From Schmidtea polychroa (lineage: Eukaryota): a stretch of DNA of 64,000 nt. The translations under genes and the position numbers were made by a program. The notes under the pieces are model-generated. The model was not told the origin of the DNA. It saw only the letters and a program-made list of their open reading frames with translations, and made no database searches. Location of the stretch: the NCBI GenBank assembly GCA_044892525.1, contig CM097885.1:43216001-43280000 (forward strand), written 5' to 3'. Below are positions 1 to 16,000 of the stretch, in pieces. The number at the start of each line of letters is the position of its first letter. Positions within the stretch are counted from its first letter, which is position 1.

Positions 1-167
1 TCTGGGATAAGGTCTGCCCAGTCTTTTGTATTTCCGTCTTTCAGCGATGCATTAATAAAATCTCTTATTGTCCGGAATTGTCTTTCGATTATACCATTCG
101 TATTATGATGATATGGACTCGAATACACTATCTGGAACCCTGCATTTTTGCTTATATTCTTTATGCT
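1..167 (-). pseudogene. Ty3/Gypsy integrase core fragment (3' part of the old Gypsy pol)
   Basis: Minus strand reads SIKNISKNAGFQIVYSSPYHHNTNGIIERQFRTIRDFINASLKDGNTKDWADLIP. It continues in frame from PKELRVDCGKTFEANSI at 16390-16440 once element A and one TSD copy are removed. Confidence 0.9.
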
Positions 168-299
168 AGTAGGTAGATAGTAGCCCACGGGAACAATTAC
201 CCCCCCCCCCCCCGGGGGGGAGGGGGGTTTGTTCCCAAATTTTTATTACGCAATTGTTCCCAACTCATTTTTTTGCTTTCAGGGAATTTTAGTCCAAAT

Positions 300-1275
300 T
301 TTTTTTTATCACACTATAGTGAGGGGGTCTCGATGTCCTGGGATTTTCAATACAAAAAATTTTTTTCAATACAAAAATCCGACTACCACTAAAAAAGCAT
401 GGATTTTTCTAGGTCAATTCAGGTGGGTCTCCTTGGTCCTGGGATTTTCAATACAAAAAAAATTTTTCAATACAAAAAGCTGGTCTACACTAAAAAAGCA
501 TGGTAATTTAAGGTCTCAGGATATTTTCAATACAAAAAGCTGGTCTACACTAAAAAAGCCAAGGATTTTTCAGACTATAGTGAGGTGAGTCTCCTTGGTC
601 CTGAGAAATAAGAGGGCCTCGATGGACCTGGGATTTTCAATACAAATAAAATTTTTTCTATACAAAAATCCGACTACCACTAAAAAAGCATGGAATTTTC
701 ACACTATAGTGAGGGGGGTCTCGATGGTCCTGGGATTTTCAATACAAATAAAATTTTTCTATACAAAAATCCGACTATCAATAAAAAAGTCAAGGATTTA
801 TCACACTATAGTGAGGGGGTCTCGATGGAACTGGGATTTTCAATACAAATAAAATTTTTCTATACAAAAATCCGACTATCAATAAAAAAGTCAAGGATTA
901 TTCACACTATAGTGAGGGGGTCTCGATGAACCTGGGATTTTCAATACAAATAAAATTTTTTCTATACAAAAATCCGACTACCACTAAAAAAGCCAAGGAT
1001 TTTTCAGACTATAGTGAAGGGGTCTCGATGGTCCTGGGATTTTCAATACAAAAAAATTTTTTTCAATACAAAAACGATGGTCCTGGGATTTTCATTACAA
1101 AAAAAATTTTTCAATACAAAAAGCTGGTCTACACTAAAAAAGCATGGTAATTTAAGGTCTCAGGATATTTTCAATACAAAAAGCTGGTCTACACTAAAAA
1201 AGCCAAGGATTTTTCAGACTATAGTGAGGTGAGTCTCCTTGGTCCTGAGAAATAGGTGGTCTACACTAAAAACGT
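300..1275. repeat. Subterminal tandem array in left arm of element A (units built from CCTGGGATTTTCAATACAAA / CACTATAGTGAGG)
   Basis: Repeated ~60-120-bp composite units, mirrored at ~15230-16260. Confidence 0.9.
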
Positions 1276-1284
1276 GGTAAATTT

Positions 1285-1810
1285 TTCAATTAAAGTAAAT
1301 AATGGTCCAAATTTTAAAATTAAAGTAAATTATGGTTCTAAAAATTAAATTATAGTAAATTATGGCTCAAATTTTTAAATTACAGTAAATTATGGTCCTA
1401 AAAATTAAATTACAGTAAATTATGGTCAAACATTTTAAATTAAAAAAAACAATGGTTCAAATTTTTCAAATACAGTAAATTATGGGTCTAAAAATTAAAT
1501 TACAGTAAATTATGGTTCTAAAAATTAAATTATAGTAAATTATGGCTCAAATTTTTAAATTAAAGTAAATAATGGTTCTAAAAAATTAAATTAAAGTAAA
1601 TTATGGCTCAAATTTTCAAATAAGGTAATAATGGTCCTAAAAAATTAAATTACAGTAAATAATGGTTCTAAAAATTAAATTAAAGTAAATTATGTTTCTA
1701 AAATATTAAATTACAGTAAATTATGGTCCAAATTTTTGAATTAAAGTAAATTTAAATTCTTAAAAATTAAATTACAGTAAATAATGGTCCAAATTTTTAA
1801 ATTAAGTAAT
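1285..1810. repeat. ~30-bp minisatellite (AAATTACAGTAAATTATGGT...)
   Basis: Over 15 degenerate copies, mirrored at ~14730-15215. Confidence 0.9.
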
Positions 1811-2184
1811 CAAAGGTAAAAAATTTTAAATAAGTAAATTAAAGTAATAATTTTTAAATAAGTAAATTAAAGTAATGTAATAAGTAAATTAAAGTAAGAT
1901 TTTAAAATTTAATTACAAAATAATAGAAGGTGTTTGAGAATTGAAATTTTTTAATGAAAATTTTTATGAAATAATTTTTAAGTAATTTTTAATAGAAATT
2001 TTAATGAAATATTTTTCAATGGTAATTTTTAATGGAAATTTTTATGAAATATTTTTCAATGATAATTTTAGATGGAAATTTTTATGAAATATTTTTCAAT
2101 GATAATTTTAGATGGAAATTTTTAAGATAATTTTTAATGAAATTTTTATGAAATATTTTTCAAAGACAAATTTTAATAATAATT

Positions 2185-3140
2185 CAACAACAAACCAACA
2201 ACTTAGTACCAACAACCAGTAACTTATGAACATGTATTAACAACCAGATACCTACAACTAGATACCTACAACTAGTTACCTGATACCAACTACTAACAAC
2301 CACCTACCCATTAACTAGCTACAACCAGCTAACAACTAGATACCACGTACTAAATAACTCTCAAACAACCAAGTACTTACAACTAATTACCAGATACCAA
2401 GTACTATCAACCAGCTTACAACCTGATACCAACAACTAACAACCAACTACCAAGTACTTACAACTAGATACTAACAACCAGTTACCTGATACCAAGTACC
2501 TACAACTAGATACCACGTACTAAATAACTCTCAAACAACCAAGTACCTACAACTAATTACCATATACCAAGTACTATCAACCAGCTAACAACCTGATACC
2601 AACTACTCACAACCAGATAACAACTAACAACCAGATACCAAGTACTTACAACTAGTTACTAACAACTAGCTACCAACTACTAAGTACTAACAACCAACAT
2701 CAACCAGGTACTAAGCATTATCAACCAAGTACTAACAACTAGATACCTAGTTACTAACAACCCGCTAACAACTAACAACTAGATACCAAGTACCAGTAAA
2801 TTACGAACATGTATTAACAACCAGATACCTACAACTAGTTACTAACAACTAGTTACCTGATAGCAACCAACTAGCTACCAACTACTAAGTACCTACAACC
2901 AACATCAACCAGGTACTAAGCATTAATTACCAACTACTAAGTACCTACAACCAACTAGCTACCACCTACCAAGTACTAACAACCAGTTACCAACTACTAA
3001 GCATTAATTACCTACAACTAGTTACTAACAACTAGCTACCAAGTACATACAACCAGACACTAAGCATTATCAACCAAGTACTAACAACCAAGTACAAGAT
3101 ACCTAGTACTGTCAACTAGATACCAAACACTTACAACCAG
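2185..3140. repeat. A/C-rich cryptic simple repeat (ACAAC/TACCAAG/ACTAAC)
   Basis: Strongly strand-biased shuffled short motifs; G/T-rich mirror at ~13395-14410. Confidence 0.85.
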
Positions 3141-3510
3141 ATGACCACATGAAATTATTGGTTAAATATGAAAATAAGGGTTATAATTAGTTGTTTAGTA
3201 AATTATGGTGTAAAATTAAGTAATAAAGCATAAATAGGTAAATTAAGGATAAGTAAATTAAAGTTAAAAAATTAAATTAAAGTTAATTAAGGTCCAAATT
3301 TTAAAAATAAGTAATCAATGTTCTAAAAAATTAAATTAAAGTTAAATAAGTAAATTAAAGTAATAATTTTTAAAGAATTTAATTAAAGTAATAATTTTTA
3401 AATAAGTAATGTAATAAGTAAATTAAAGTAAGATTTTTAATTTTATTATCAAAAGATTGAATAACCACCAACTTTTTTGAGAAATGTAATTTATAATGAA
3501 AATTTAAATG

Positions 3511-3576
<66 letters not shown>

Positions 3577-6500
3577 TAATAATAATTCAACAGTTACCAA
3601 CAATCGGTTACTGATTTTTTTTTAACTAGGTGCTAACAAATACTTACAACTAGATACCACGTACTAACTAACTCTCAAACAACCAGATACTTACAACTAA
3701 CTACTAAATATTCTTCACTGTATTTTATGAAATGCTTTTTAAATTAATATTTTTTATACAGCTTCTATAATAATTTTAATTACAATCAGTAGAAAAACCT
3801 TTTCAAAATGTCTAAATTTAACAAAAATGTTGATTTTCATCAAAAAACCACAACTCAACCACTTTAAAACACCACGTGGAATTCAAAATAATTACAATGA
3901 AAGACTAATGAATTCTAATTTACAAAACATTCTTCTTTTAAATGATAACTTATTATTGCAATGTAAAAATCGCATTCAATAAATACTTATTATTGATCAG
4001 TTTTATTATATATACTCTGAGTTTATCCGACAGGATGTTTTGACCCCCTAAGGGTACAGGTCGTAAGGGTATTAGTCGTAAGGGTACTGGTCGTAAAGGT
4101 ACTAGTCGTAGGGGTATTGGTAACACTTAACCACAACCTACCCATTAACTAGCTACTAAGTACTAACCACTAGGTTTCAAACAACAACTACTAACAACCA
4201 CCATCAAAACCCATCGAGAAATTAACAAATATCAACCTACAACTATATAACAATCAGTAAACAACACTGTACCAACTACCAAATACAAGATACCAACAAC
4301 TTAGTACCAACAATCAACTAACAACACATAAAAATAATAGCAATTAAATACAAAATATTCTTCATCGCATACACTATTTTCTTATCAAAATCTAAAAAGT
4401 CAATCAGATACCAACTACCAAGTACCAAGTACTAACAACCAACTACCTAGAACCAACAACTATGTACTAACAAATTGATCTTTAAAAGCAAATACTCTTC
4501 ACTTGAAAAATTGGATGAAAAATTATTTGAACTCAAGGCATCAATAACTTGGTAAAAATTGATTAAATAATTGTAAAAATTTAAATTATTCAAAATAAAT
4601 ATCATAAAAATTTAATTAATGGACAAGAAAAAATTCTAATCATCCAATAAATAAAAAAAAATGCTGATCATTCAAGTTGAATCAACTAAGATAATAAATT
4701 AATAAGATAAGATCTAGTAGATAATTGATTAAGATTGAATAAATTAATTTAAATAAAATTAAATTTAATTATTTTTGTAAAAGTAATACATGTACTCAAA
4801 TTGATTGACTGATTTCTCAATATATTCAAAAAAAATCAGTATAAATTCATTACAATTATCAAAGTCAGCAATCTACAATAAAAATAATTATCATAAAATT
4901 CCAAAAGACACTGATAACTAATGATAACATCTAATAAACCAGTAAATTTATTTAAATGACAATAATTGGTATATCCTAGTGAATTCTCCAATTTCTCATT
5001 TCCTCCCAAATATATCAATATGTAAAGATTAGTATTGTAATGATAAATACTTGTTAAAGATCATATATTTACCTCAAACTAACAAGATTCCTTAAAATCC
5101 CTTAAATGACTATATTTCTACCCTTAATTCATATTATTACAAATATTTCACTAAAATCATCTAAAAAGCATCAAATTTCCCTGAAATAACTCTATCTTTT
5201 AAGATTGATATTTTAATGATAAGTACTTGTTAAAGATCATATATTCCCCTCAGACTAATAAGATTGCTTAAACTCCCCTTTAAATGACTATAATTCTAAC
5301 TTTAATTCCTATTATCATACATGTTTCACTATTGATAAAACCGGTTGTAATTAACTTTTTGTTAATCACTGTACTCGAAATTTAAAATAAATATAACTGA
5401 CAAGGTCCCATTAAAAGATTAAATTTATCCATTCAATAAAATATATTTCTTCAAATGATCATTTTTACCAATATTCAACCGATTTAATTACTAATTAAAA
5501 TCAAGATTTCTTCCAATAAAGATCAATTTTATTTAGTCGATGTTTTAAGTCCATATTTCTAAACTTTTGTCATTCTCCGCCTAAATAAAGATAAAAATAA
5601 ATTAAAGTTGATATCAATCCCAATTATCTGTAAAGATTTCATTGTCAAAACCAAGTAAATCGATCATTATCCCTACTTAATAAAACATTGTTCTAAATTA
5701 ATTTACTGTGCATTAATCACAACCTAATAAAACGATATAATTATTATTGATTCATAACTGACTAATGTATTGCAATTTCCTTAAAAAACATTGATATTTT
5801 ACCAACACCACCCTTAAAAAATCATATATTCCCATCGAAACCCTTCCCTCATTAAAAGCAACCGACTATATCTCCCTTACAATAATATATTCCCATCTTA
5901 ACCCATCTCACATTAAATCTAACCGACTATATCCCCTTAAAAGATCATATTTTCCCCATCTTAACCGATCTCTCATTAAATCTAACCGACTATATCCCTT
6001 TAAAAATCATATATTCCCATCTCTCATTAAATCTAATCGATAATATCCCATCTTATCCGATCTCTCAGCAAATATTTCTACCCTTTTAAACATCTATCCG
6101 ATTATATCCCTTAATTTCCCTAAAGATTCCACCCACTTGAACCCTTTAATATATATCAATCCTCTTAATATCCTTAGAGAACTTCAAAAAGTATGAATTT
6201 TCATAAACTGTTAAAGACACCAGGCATTCTTCCATTGAAATAATTTAGAAGCTAAATAATAAGAGCCCACTAAAAGATCAAAATTTACTAAAATTTTCTA
6301 CAAATATTTACCATCAAATACTGGAGATGATATATATTGATTGATCATAATTCTTCATCGATTCAACCAATCATTTTCAAGCAATAACAGCAAACTAAAT
6401 TTCTGTATATCCTACAATAATTATCAAGTAAATTTAAAGTCATTGATAAATATTCTTAGAAAATTATTGAAAAAAATTATCTAGTCAAATATATTACAAA

Positions 6501-9500
6501 GTTATCATCAAAAATTTATTCTATCACTTAATTATTAACCTAATTGTCAATGAAATTAATTTTTATTTAAAAACTATTCAATAAAATACAACTAATTATC
6601 AAGAAATTAACTAAATTTATCAATTAAATTTATCACCATTAAAACTTTTAATCAGTCAACATGAAATTCTTAGAAAATTATTCAATATCCTCATAAAAAT
6701 TTATCCTACCACTTCATTATTGTAAAATCTCTAATTATTAACCTCATTGAAAATAATTTTTATTTAAAATTAAAAAAAAAACAAGTCAATAAAAATACAT
6801 TCAATTATTAAGAAATTAATTAAATTTATCTTAGAACTAACTTTAAATTATTAAATATTCATTCAATAAACATGAAATTTGCAAAAATGTTAGAAATCCA
6901 TGAAAATGATAGATATCTACAAAAATTACGCATATTCACAAAAAAGTACGGAAATTCATGAAAATAATAAAAATCCACAAAAAATTCATAAAAATTCATA
7001 AAAATGATAGAAATTTACTTGAATAAAACCATCAACTCTAAAAAATTATCAATACCTTAAACATCAAATTTGTCTAAATTCAAATAAAAACATTAAATAC
7101 CTTTACGACTAATACCCTTGCGACATGTTGAATGTGAGTAGTACCCTTGTGATCAATACCCATAGGGGGACAGAATATTTTGTCGGATAAACTCAGAGTA
7201 TATATTAATTAACTCATTCTTCATTGAATTAGTCAAATTATCATAAATTTCGATAAAAAATCTAAAGTGGTAAGCAATGTAAAGAGAAATATTCTTTAAA
7301 CTTTGATAAAATTAACAATGAAGGTGGTAAGAATCTTCATTAAAGTGAGGAAATTACTCGATGATAAATTCAAATGGGTGAAAATAATTGGTAGAATAAT
7401 TCATTAATGGATCATTGAATGGGCATAGATAAGAAGAAAGTTGATAAGAATGGAAATATATTAATTGAATTTATTTAAAATTATTTCATAAAATTCATAA
7501 ATTTAATAAAACTTTTAAAACAAATATTTGTGGGGAAGTGAATAATTAATCAAAATCGGCGAAATATAATTGATTAAATATCCGGAGTGGGGGGGGTTAT
7601 AAGTGAATAATTAATGGAAAATTGAGGGGATACAAATGATTAAATAGTGGAAAATCGAGGGATATTAGTGATTAATTAGTGAAAAATAGAGAATTGGTGG
7701 AATATAAGTGGAGAGGATATGTAATTTAAACTAGTTTATTACATAACAAGCCGTGACTATTTTATTACATAACAAGCTGTGAATGATATTTTACCAACAT
7801 TTTACCTAGTATATAATTTTAATTTTAATTGTATTTTTAAATTGTATATATTTTCAATATCATTCTATTGTTTAATACCAATAATAAGTATAAAAAGTCT
7901 ATAATGAAAAATAAATTAATATCTTGTTAACATTTATCTGAGAATTAAAAAAACTTTACTTTAATTTTGTGAAGTATTTAATTTTGATTGTATTTTATAA
8001 GACATATATTTGAGTATTAGCTTATTTTGATTGAAGTTTCATATTATGATGTTTGTTTTCTAAATTGAAATTTTTTTGTGTAAAATAGTAAATTTAATAA
8101 TAAATGGAATACAATATTAAAGGACTTTTTGAAAAAAAAAGTAACTTTCTACTGCCTAATCAATAAGTTTAAAAAGTCTATAACAGCTAATACACTAATT
8201 TCTTATTTACATTTACTTATAAAATTTATATTTTTAAATTTAGTGTAAAGTATTTAATTTTAATTGTATTTTATAAAAGTCATCTATTTGAATATTTATC
8301 TTATTTTGATTAAAAAGGGTAATATAATTAATAATATGATAATTGTTTTTGAAATATTTAACGTAAAATAATAAATTTATTAATAAATAATTATTACAAT
8401 ATTAAAGGACTTATACAACAAAATTTTTGTCTTATTCCATAAAAAAGTTTAAAATTATGTAACTGGTAATAGATTAATTTGTTATTTAAATTTATTTAAA
8501 AAGCTTTACTTATAAAATTTATATTTTCGAAGACTTATATTTGAATATTAACCTATTTTGATTGAAAAGGGTAATTGATTTAGAAATTATTTAGTGTAAA
8601 TCAAAACATTTAAATTATTAAGGTATTAAAGTACTTATTCAAACATTAAAAAAAAAAACCTAATCAATAATTCTCAATAAAATATCATTCACAGCTTGTT
8701 ATGTAATAAAATAGTCACGGCTTGTTATGTAATAAACTAGTTTAAATTACATATCCTCTCCACTTATATTCCACCAATTCTCTATTTTTCACTAATTAAT
8801 CACTAATATCCCTCGATTTTCCACTATTTAATCATTTGTATCCCCTCAATTTTCCATTAATTATTCACTTATGACCCCCCCCCCCCCCCCACTCCGGATA
8901 TTTTATCAATTATATTTCGCCGATTTTGATTAATTATTCACTTCCCCACAAATATTTGTTTTAAAAGTTTTATTAAATTTATGAATTTTATGAAATAATT
9001 TTAAATAAATTCAATTAATATATTTCCATTCTTATCAACTTTCTTCTTATCTATGCCCATTCAATGATCCATTAATGAATTATTCTACCAATTATTTTCA
9101 CCCATTTGAATTTATCATCGAGTAATTTCCTCACTTTAATGAAGATTCTTACCACCTTCATTGTTAATTTTATCAAAGTTTAAAGAATATTTCTCTTTAC
9201 ATTGCTTACCACTTTAGATTTTTTATCGAAATTTATGATAATTTTACTGATTCAATGAAGAATGAGTTAATTAATATATACTCTGAGTTTATCCGACAAA
9301 ATATTCTGTCCCCCTATGGGTATTGCTCACAAGGGTACTACTCACATTCAACATGTCGCAAGGGTACTGATCATTTAATGCTTTTATTTGAATGATTATT
9401 TTGGCAAATTTGATGTTTAAGGCATTCATTGATAATTTTTAGAGTTGATGGTTTTTGTAAATATTCAAGTAAATTTCTATAATTTTTGTGAATTTTTATG

Positions 9501-12500
9501 AATTTTTTGTGGATTTTTATCATTCTTGTGAATTTCTATCATTTTTGTGAATTTTTATGAATTTTGTGAATTTCCATTATTTTCATGAATTTCCGTAATT
9601 TTTTGTGAATATGCGTAATTTTTGTAGATATCTATCATTTTCATGGATTTCTAACATTTTTGCAAATTTCATGTTTATTGAATGAATATTTAATAATTTA
9701 AAGTTAGTTCTAAGATAAATTTAATTAATTTCTTAATAATTGAATGTATTTTTATTGACTTGTTTTTTTTTTAATTTTAAATAAAAATTATTTTCAATGA
9801 GGTTAATAATTAGAGATTTTACAATAATGAAGTGGTAGGATAAATTTTTATGAGGATATTGAATAATTTTCTAAGAATTTCATGTTGACTGATTAAAAGT
9901 TTTAATGGTGATAAATTTAATTGATAAATTTAGTTAATTTCTTGATAATTAGTTGTATTTTATTGAATAGTTTTTAAATAAAAATTAATTTCATTGACAA
10001 TTAGGTTAATAATTAAGTGATAGAATAAATTTTTGATGATAACTTTGTAATATATTTGACTAGATAATTTTTTTCAATAATTTTCTAAGAATATTTATCA
10101 ATGACTTTAAATTTACTTGATAATTATTGTAGGATATACAGAAATTTAGTTTGCTGTTATTGCTTGAAAATGATTGGTTGAATCGATGAAGAATTATGAT
10201 CAATCAATATATATCATCTCCAGTATTTGATGGTAAATATTTGTAGAAAATTTTAGTAAATTTTGATCTTTTAGTGGGCTCTTATTATTTAGCTTCTAAA
10301 TTATTTCAATGGAAGAATGCCTGGTGTCTTTAACAGTTTATGAAAATTCATACTTTTTGAAGTTCTCTAAGGATATTAAGAGGATTGATATATATTAAAG
10401 GGTTCAAGTGGGTGGAATCTTTAGGGAAATTAAGGGATATAATCGGATAGATGTTTAAAAGGGTAGAAATATTTGCTGAGAGATCGGATAAGATGGGATA
10501 TTATCGATTAGATTTAATGAGAGATGGGAATATATGATTTTTAAAGGGATATAGTCGGTTAGATTTAATGAGAGATCGGTTAAGATGGGGAAAATATGAT
10601 CTTTTAAGGGGATATAGTCGGTTAGATTTAATGTGAGATGGGTTAAGATGGGAATATATTATTGTAAGGGAGATATAGTCGGTTGCTTTTAATGAGGGAA
10701 GGGTTTCGATGGGAATATATGATTTTTTAAGGGTGGTGTTGGTAAAATATCAATGTTTTTTAAGGAAATTGCAATAAATTAGTCAGTTATGAATCAATAA
10801 TAATTATATCGTTTTATTAGGTTGTGATTAATGCACAGTAAATTAATTTAGAACAATGTTTTATTAAGTAGGGATAATGATCGATTTACTTGGTTTTGAC
10901 AATGAAATCTTTACAGATAATTGGGATTGATATCAACTTTAATTTATTTTTATCTTTATTTAGGCGGAGAATGACAAAAGTTTAGAAATATGGACTTAAA
11001 ACATCGACTAAATAAAATTGATCTTTATTGGAAGAAATCTTGATTTTAATTAGTAATTAAATCGGTTGAATATTGGTAAAAATGATCATTTGAAGAAATA
11101 TATTTTATTGAATGGATAAATTTAATCTTTTAATGGGACCTTGTCAGTTATATTTATTTTAAATTTCGAGTACAGTGATTAACAAAAAGTTAATTACAAC
11201 CGGTTTTATCAATAGTGAAACATGTATGATAATAGGAATTAAAGTTAGAATTATAGTCATTTAAAGGGGAGTTTAAGCAATCTTATTAGTCTGAGGGGAA
11301 TATATGATCTTTAACAAGTACTTATCATTAAAATATCAATCTTAAAAGATAGAGTTATTTCAGGGAAATTTGATGCTTTTTAGATGATTTTAGTGAAATA
11401 TTTGTAATAATATGAATTAAGGGTAGAAATATAGTCATTTAAGGGATTTTAAGGAATCTTGTTAGTTTGAGGTAAATATATGATCTTTAACAAGTATTTA
11501 TCATTACAATACTAATCTTTACATATTGATATATTTGGGAGGAAATGAGAAATTGGAGAATTCACTAGGATATACCAATTATTGTCATTTAAATAAATTT
11601 ACTGGTTTATTAGATGTTATCATTAGTTATCTAGTCTCTTTTGGAATTTTATGATAATTATTTTTATTGTAGATTGCTGACTTTGATAATTGTAATGAAT
11701 TTATACTGATTTTTTTTGAATATATTGAGAAATCAGTCAATCAATTTGAGTACATGTATTACTTTTACAAAAATAATTAAATTTAATTTTATTTAAATTA
11801 ATTTATTCAATCTTAATCAATTATCTACTAGATCTTATCTTATTAATTTATTATCTTAGTTGATTCAACTTGAATGATCAGCATTTTTTTTATTTATTGG
11901 ATGATTAGAATTTTTTCTTGTCCATTAATTAAATTTTTATGATATTTATTTTGAATAATTTAAATTTTTACAATTATTTAATCAATTTTTACCAAGTTAT
12001 TGATGCCTTGAGTTCAAATAATTTTTCATCCAATTTTTCAAGTGAAGAGTATTTGCTTTTAAAGATCAATTTGTTAGTACATAGTTGTTGGTTCTAGGTA
12101 GTTGGTTGTTAGTACTTGGTACTTGGTAGTTGGTATCTGATTGACTTTTTAGATTTTGATAAGAAAATAGTGTATGCGATGAAGAATATTTTGTATTTAA
12201 TTGCTATTATTTTTATGTGTTGTTAGTTGATTGTTGGTACTAAGTTGTTGGTATCTTGTATTTGGTAGTTGGTACAGTGTTGTTTACTGATTGTTATATA
12301 GTTGTAGGTTGATATTTGTTAATTTCTCGATGGGTTTTGATGGTGGTTGTTAGTAGTTGTTGTTTGAAACCTAGTGGTTAGTACTTAGTAGCTAGTTAAT
12401 GGGTAGGTTGTGGTTAAGTGTTACCAATACCCCTACGACTAGTACCTTTACGACCAGTACCCTTACGACTAATACCCTTACGACCTGTACCCTTAGGGGG

Positions 12501-12967
12501 TCAAAACATCCTGTCGGATAAACTCAGAGTATATATAATAAAACTGATCAATAATAAGTATTTATTGAATGCGATTTTTACATTGCAATAATAAGTTATC
12601 ATTTAAAAGAAGAATGTTTTGTAAATTAGAATTCATTAGTCTTTCATTGTAATTATTTTGAATTCCACGTGGTGTTTTAAAGTGGTTGAGTTGTGGTTTT
12701 TTGATGAAAATCAACATTTTTGTTAAATTTAGACATTTTGAAAAGGTTTTTCTACTGATTGTAATTAAAATTATTATAGAAGCTGTATAAAAAATATTAA
12801 TTTAAAAAGCATTTCATAAAATACAGTGAAGAATATTTAGTAGTTAGTTGTAAGTATCTGGTTGTTTGAGAGTTAGTTAGTACGTGGTATCTAGTTGTAA
12901 GTATTTGTTAGCACCTAGTTAAAAAATAATCAGTAACCGATTGTTGGTAACTGTTGAATTATTATTA

Positions 12968-13024
<57 letters not shown>

Positions 13025-16000
13025 CATTTAAATTTTCATTATAAATTACATTTCTCAAAAAAGTTGGTGGTTATTCAATCTTTTGATAATAAAATTAAAA
13101 ATCTTACTTTAATTTACTTATTACATTACTTATTTAAAAATTATTACTTTAATTAAATTCTTTAAAAATTAGTACTTTAATTTACTTATTTAACTTTAAT
13201 TTAATTTTTTAGAACATTGATTACTTATTTTTAAAATTTGGACCTTAATTAACTTTAATTTAATTTTTTAACTTTAATTTACTTATCCTTAATTTACCTA
13301 TTTATGCTTTATTACTTAATTTTACACCATAATTTACTAAACAACTAATTATAACCCTTATTTTCATATTTAACCAATAATTTCATGTGGTCATCTGGTT
13401 GTAAGTGTTTGGTATCTAGTTGACAGTACTAGGTATCTTGTACTTGGTTGTTAGTACTTGGTTGATAATGCTTAGTGTCTGGTTGTATGTACTTGGTAGC
13501 TAGTTGTTAGTAACTAGTTGTAGGTAATTAATGCTTAGTAGTTGGTAACTGGTTGTTAGTACTTGGTAGGTGGTAGCTAGTTGGTTGTAGGTACTTAGTA
13601 GTTGGTTGATAATGCTTAGTACTTGGTAGGTGGTTGTTAGTTGGTTGTAGGTACTTAGTAGTTGGTAATTAATGCTTAGTACCTGGTTGATGTTGGTTGT
13701 AGGTACTTAGTAGTTGGTAGCTAGTTGGTTGCTATCAGGTAACTAGTTGTTAGTAACTAGTTGTAGGTATCTGGTTGTTAATACATGTTCGTAATTTACT
13801 GGTACTTGGTATCTAGTTGTTAGTTGTTAGCGGGTTGTTAGTAACTAGGTATCTAGTTGTTAGTACTTGGTTGATAATGCTTAGTACCTGGTTGATGTTG
13901 GTTGTTAGTACTTAGTAGTTGGTAGCTAGTTGTTAGTAACTAGTTGTAAGTACTTGGTATCTGGTTGTTAGTTGTTATCTGGTTGTGAGTAGTTGGTATC
14001 AGGTTGTTAGCTGGTTGATAGTACTTGGTATATGGTAATTAGTTGTAGGTACTTGGTTGTTTGAGAGTTATTTAGTACGTGGTATCTAGTTGTAGGTACT
14101 TGGTATCAGGTAACTGGTTGTTAGTATCTAGTTGTAAGTACTTGGTAGTTGGTTGTTAGTTGTTGGTATCAGGTTGTAAGCTGGTTGATAGTACTTGGTA
14201 TCTGGTAATTAGTTGTAAGTACTTGGTTGTTTGAGAGTTATTTAGTACGTGGTATCTAGTTGTTAGCTGGTTGTAGCTAGTTAATGGGTAGGTGGTTGTT
14301 AGTAGTTGGTATCAGGTAACTAGTTGTAGGTATCTAGTTGTAGGTATCTGGTTGTTAATACATGTTCATAAGTTACTGGTTGTTGGTACTAAGTTGTTGG
14401 TTTGTTGTTGAATTATTATTAAAATTTGTCTTTGAAAAATATTTCATAAAAATTTCCATCTAAAATTATCATTGAAAAATATTTCATAAAAATTTCCATT
14501 AAAAATTACCATTGAAAAATATTTCATTAAAATTTCTATTAAAAATTACTTAAAAATTATTTCATAAAAATTTTCATTAAAAAATTTCAATTCTCAAACA
14601 CCTTCTATTATTTTGTAATTAAATTTTAAAATCTTACTTTAATTTACTTATTACATTACTTTAATTTACTTATTTAAAAATTATTACTTTAATTTACTTA
14701 TTTAAAATTTTTTACCTTTGATTACTTAATTTAAAAATTTGGACCATTATTTACTGTAATTTAATTTTTAAGAATTTAAATTTACTTTAATTCAAAAATT
14801 TGGACCATAATTTACTGTAATTTAATATTTTAGAACCATAATTTACTTTAATTTAATTTTTAGAACCATTATTTACTGTAATTTAATTTTTTAGGACCAT
14901 TATTACCTTATTTGAAAATTTGAGCCATAATTTACTTTAATTTAATTTTTTAGAACCATTATTTACTTTAATTTAAAAATTTGAGCCATAATTTACTATA
15001 ATTTAATTTTTAGAACCATAATTTACTGTAATTTAATTTTTAGACCCATAATTTACTGTATTTGAAAAATTTGAACCATTGTTTTTTTTAATTTAAAATG
15101 TTTGACCATAATTTACTGTAATTTAAAAATTTGAGCCATAATTTACTATAATTTAATTTTTAGAACCATAATTTACTTTAATTTTAAAATTTGGACCATT
15201 ATTTACTTTAATTGAAAAATTTACCACGTTTTTAATGTAGACCACCTATTTCTCAGGACCAAGGAGACTCACCTCACTATAGTCTGAAAAATCCTTGGCT
15301 TTTTTAGTGTAGACCAGCTTTTTGTATTGAAAATATCCTGAGACCTTAAATTACCATGCTTTTTTAGTGTAGACCAGCTTTTTGTATTGAAAATATCCTG
15401 AGACCTTAAATTACCATGCTTTTTTAGTGTAGACCAGCTTTTTGTATTGAAAAATTTTTTTGTAATGAAAATCCCAGGACCATCGTTTTTGTATTGAAAA
15501 AAATTTTTTTGTATTGAAAATCCCAGGACCATCGAGACCCCTTCACTATAGCCTGAAAAATCCTTGGCTTTTTTAGTGGTAGTCGGATTTTTGTATAGAA
15601 AAAATTTTATTTGTATTGAAAATCCCAGGTTCATCGAGACCCCCTCACTATAGTGTGAATAATCCTTGACTTTTTTATTGATAGTCGGATTTTTGTATAG
15701 AAAAATTTTATTTGTATTGAAAATCCCAGTTCCATCGAGACCCCCCTCACTATTGTGTGATAAATCCTTGACTTTTTTATTGATAGTCGGATTTTTGTAT
15801 AGAAAAATTTTATTTGTATTGAAAATCCCAGGACCATCGAGACCCCCCTCACTATAGTGTGAAAATTCCATGCTTTTTTAGTGGTAGTCGGATTTTTGTA
15901 TAGAAAAAATTTTATTTGTATTGAAAATCCCAGGTCCATCGAGACCCTCTTATTTCTCAGGACCAAGGAGACTCACCTCACTATAGTCTGAAAAATCCTT

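Noticed and set aside
229..1232. Overlapping ORFs in the element A terminus, and mirrors at 15269-15966
   Set aside because: Translations of tandem repeats, open in several frames, with no domain.
4050..4120. CRISPR-like array from the 15-bp AGGGTA repeats or the dispersed motif
   Set aside because: No unique spacers of regular length, no cas genes, eukaryotic context.
10140..11130. Residual Polinton protein (e.g. pPolB) in the shared core
   Set aside because: Short coding-like stretches, but many stops and no diagnostic motif I can recognise.
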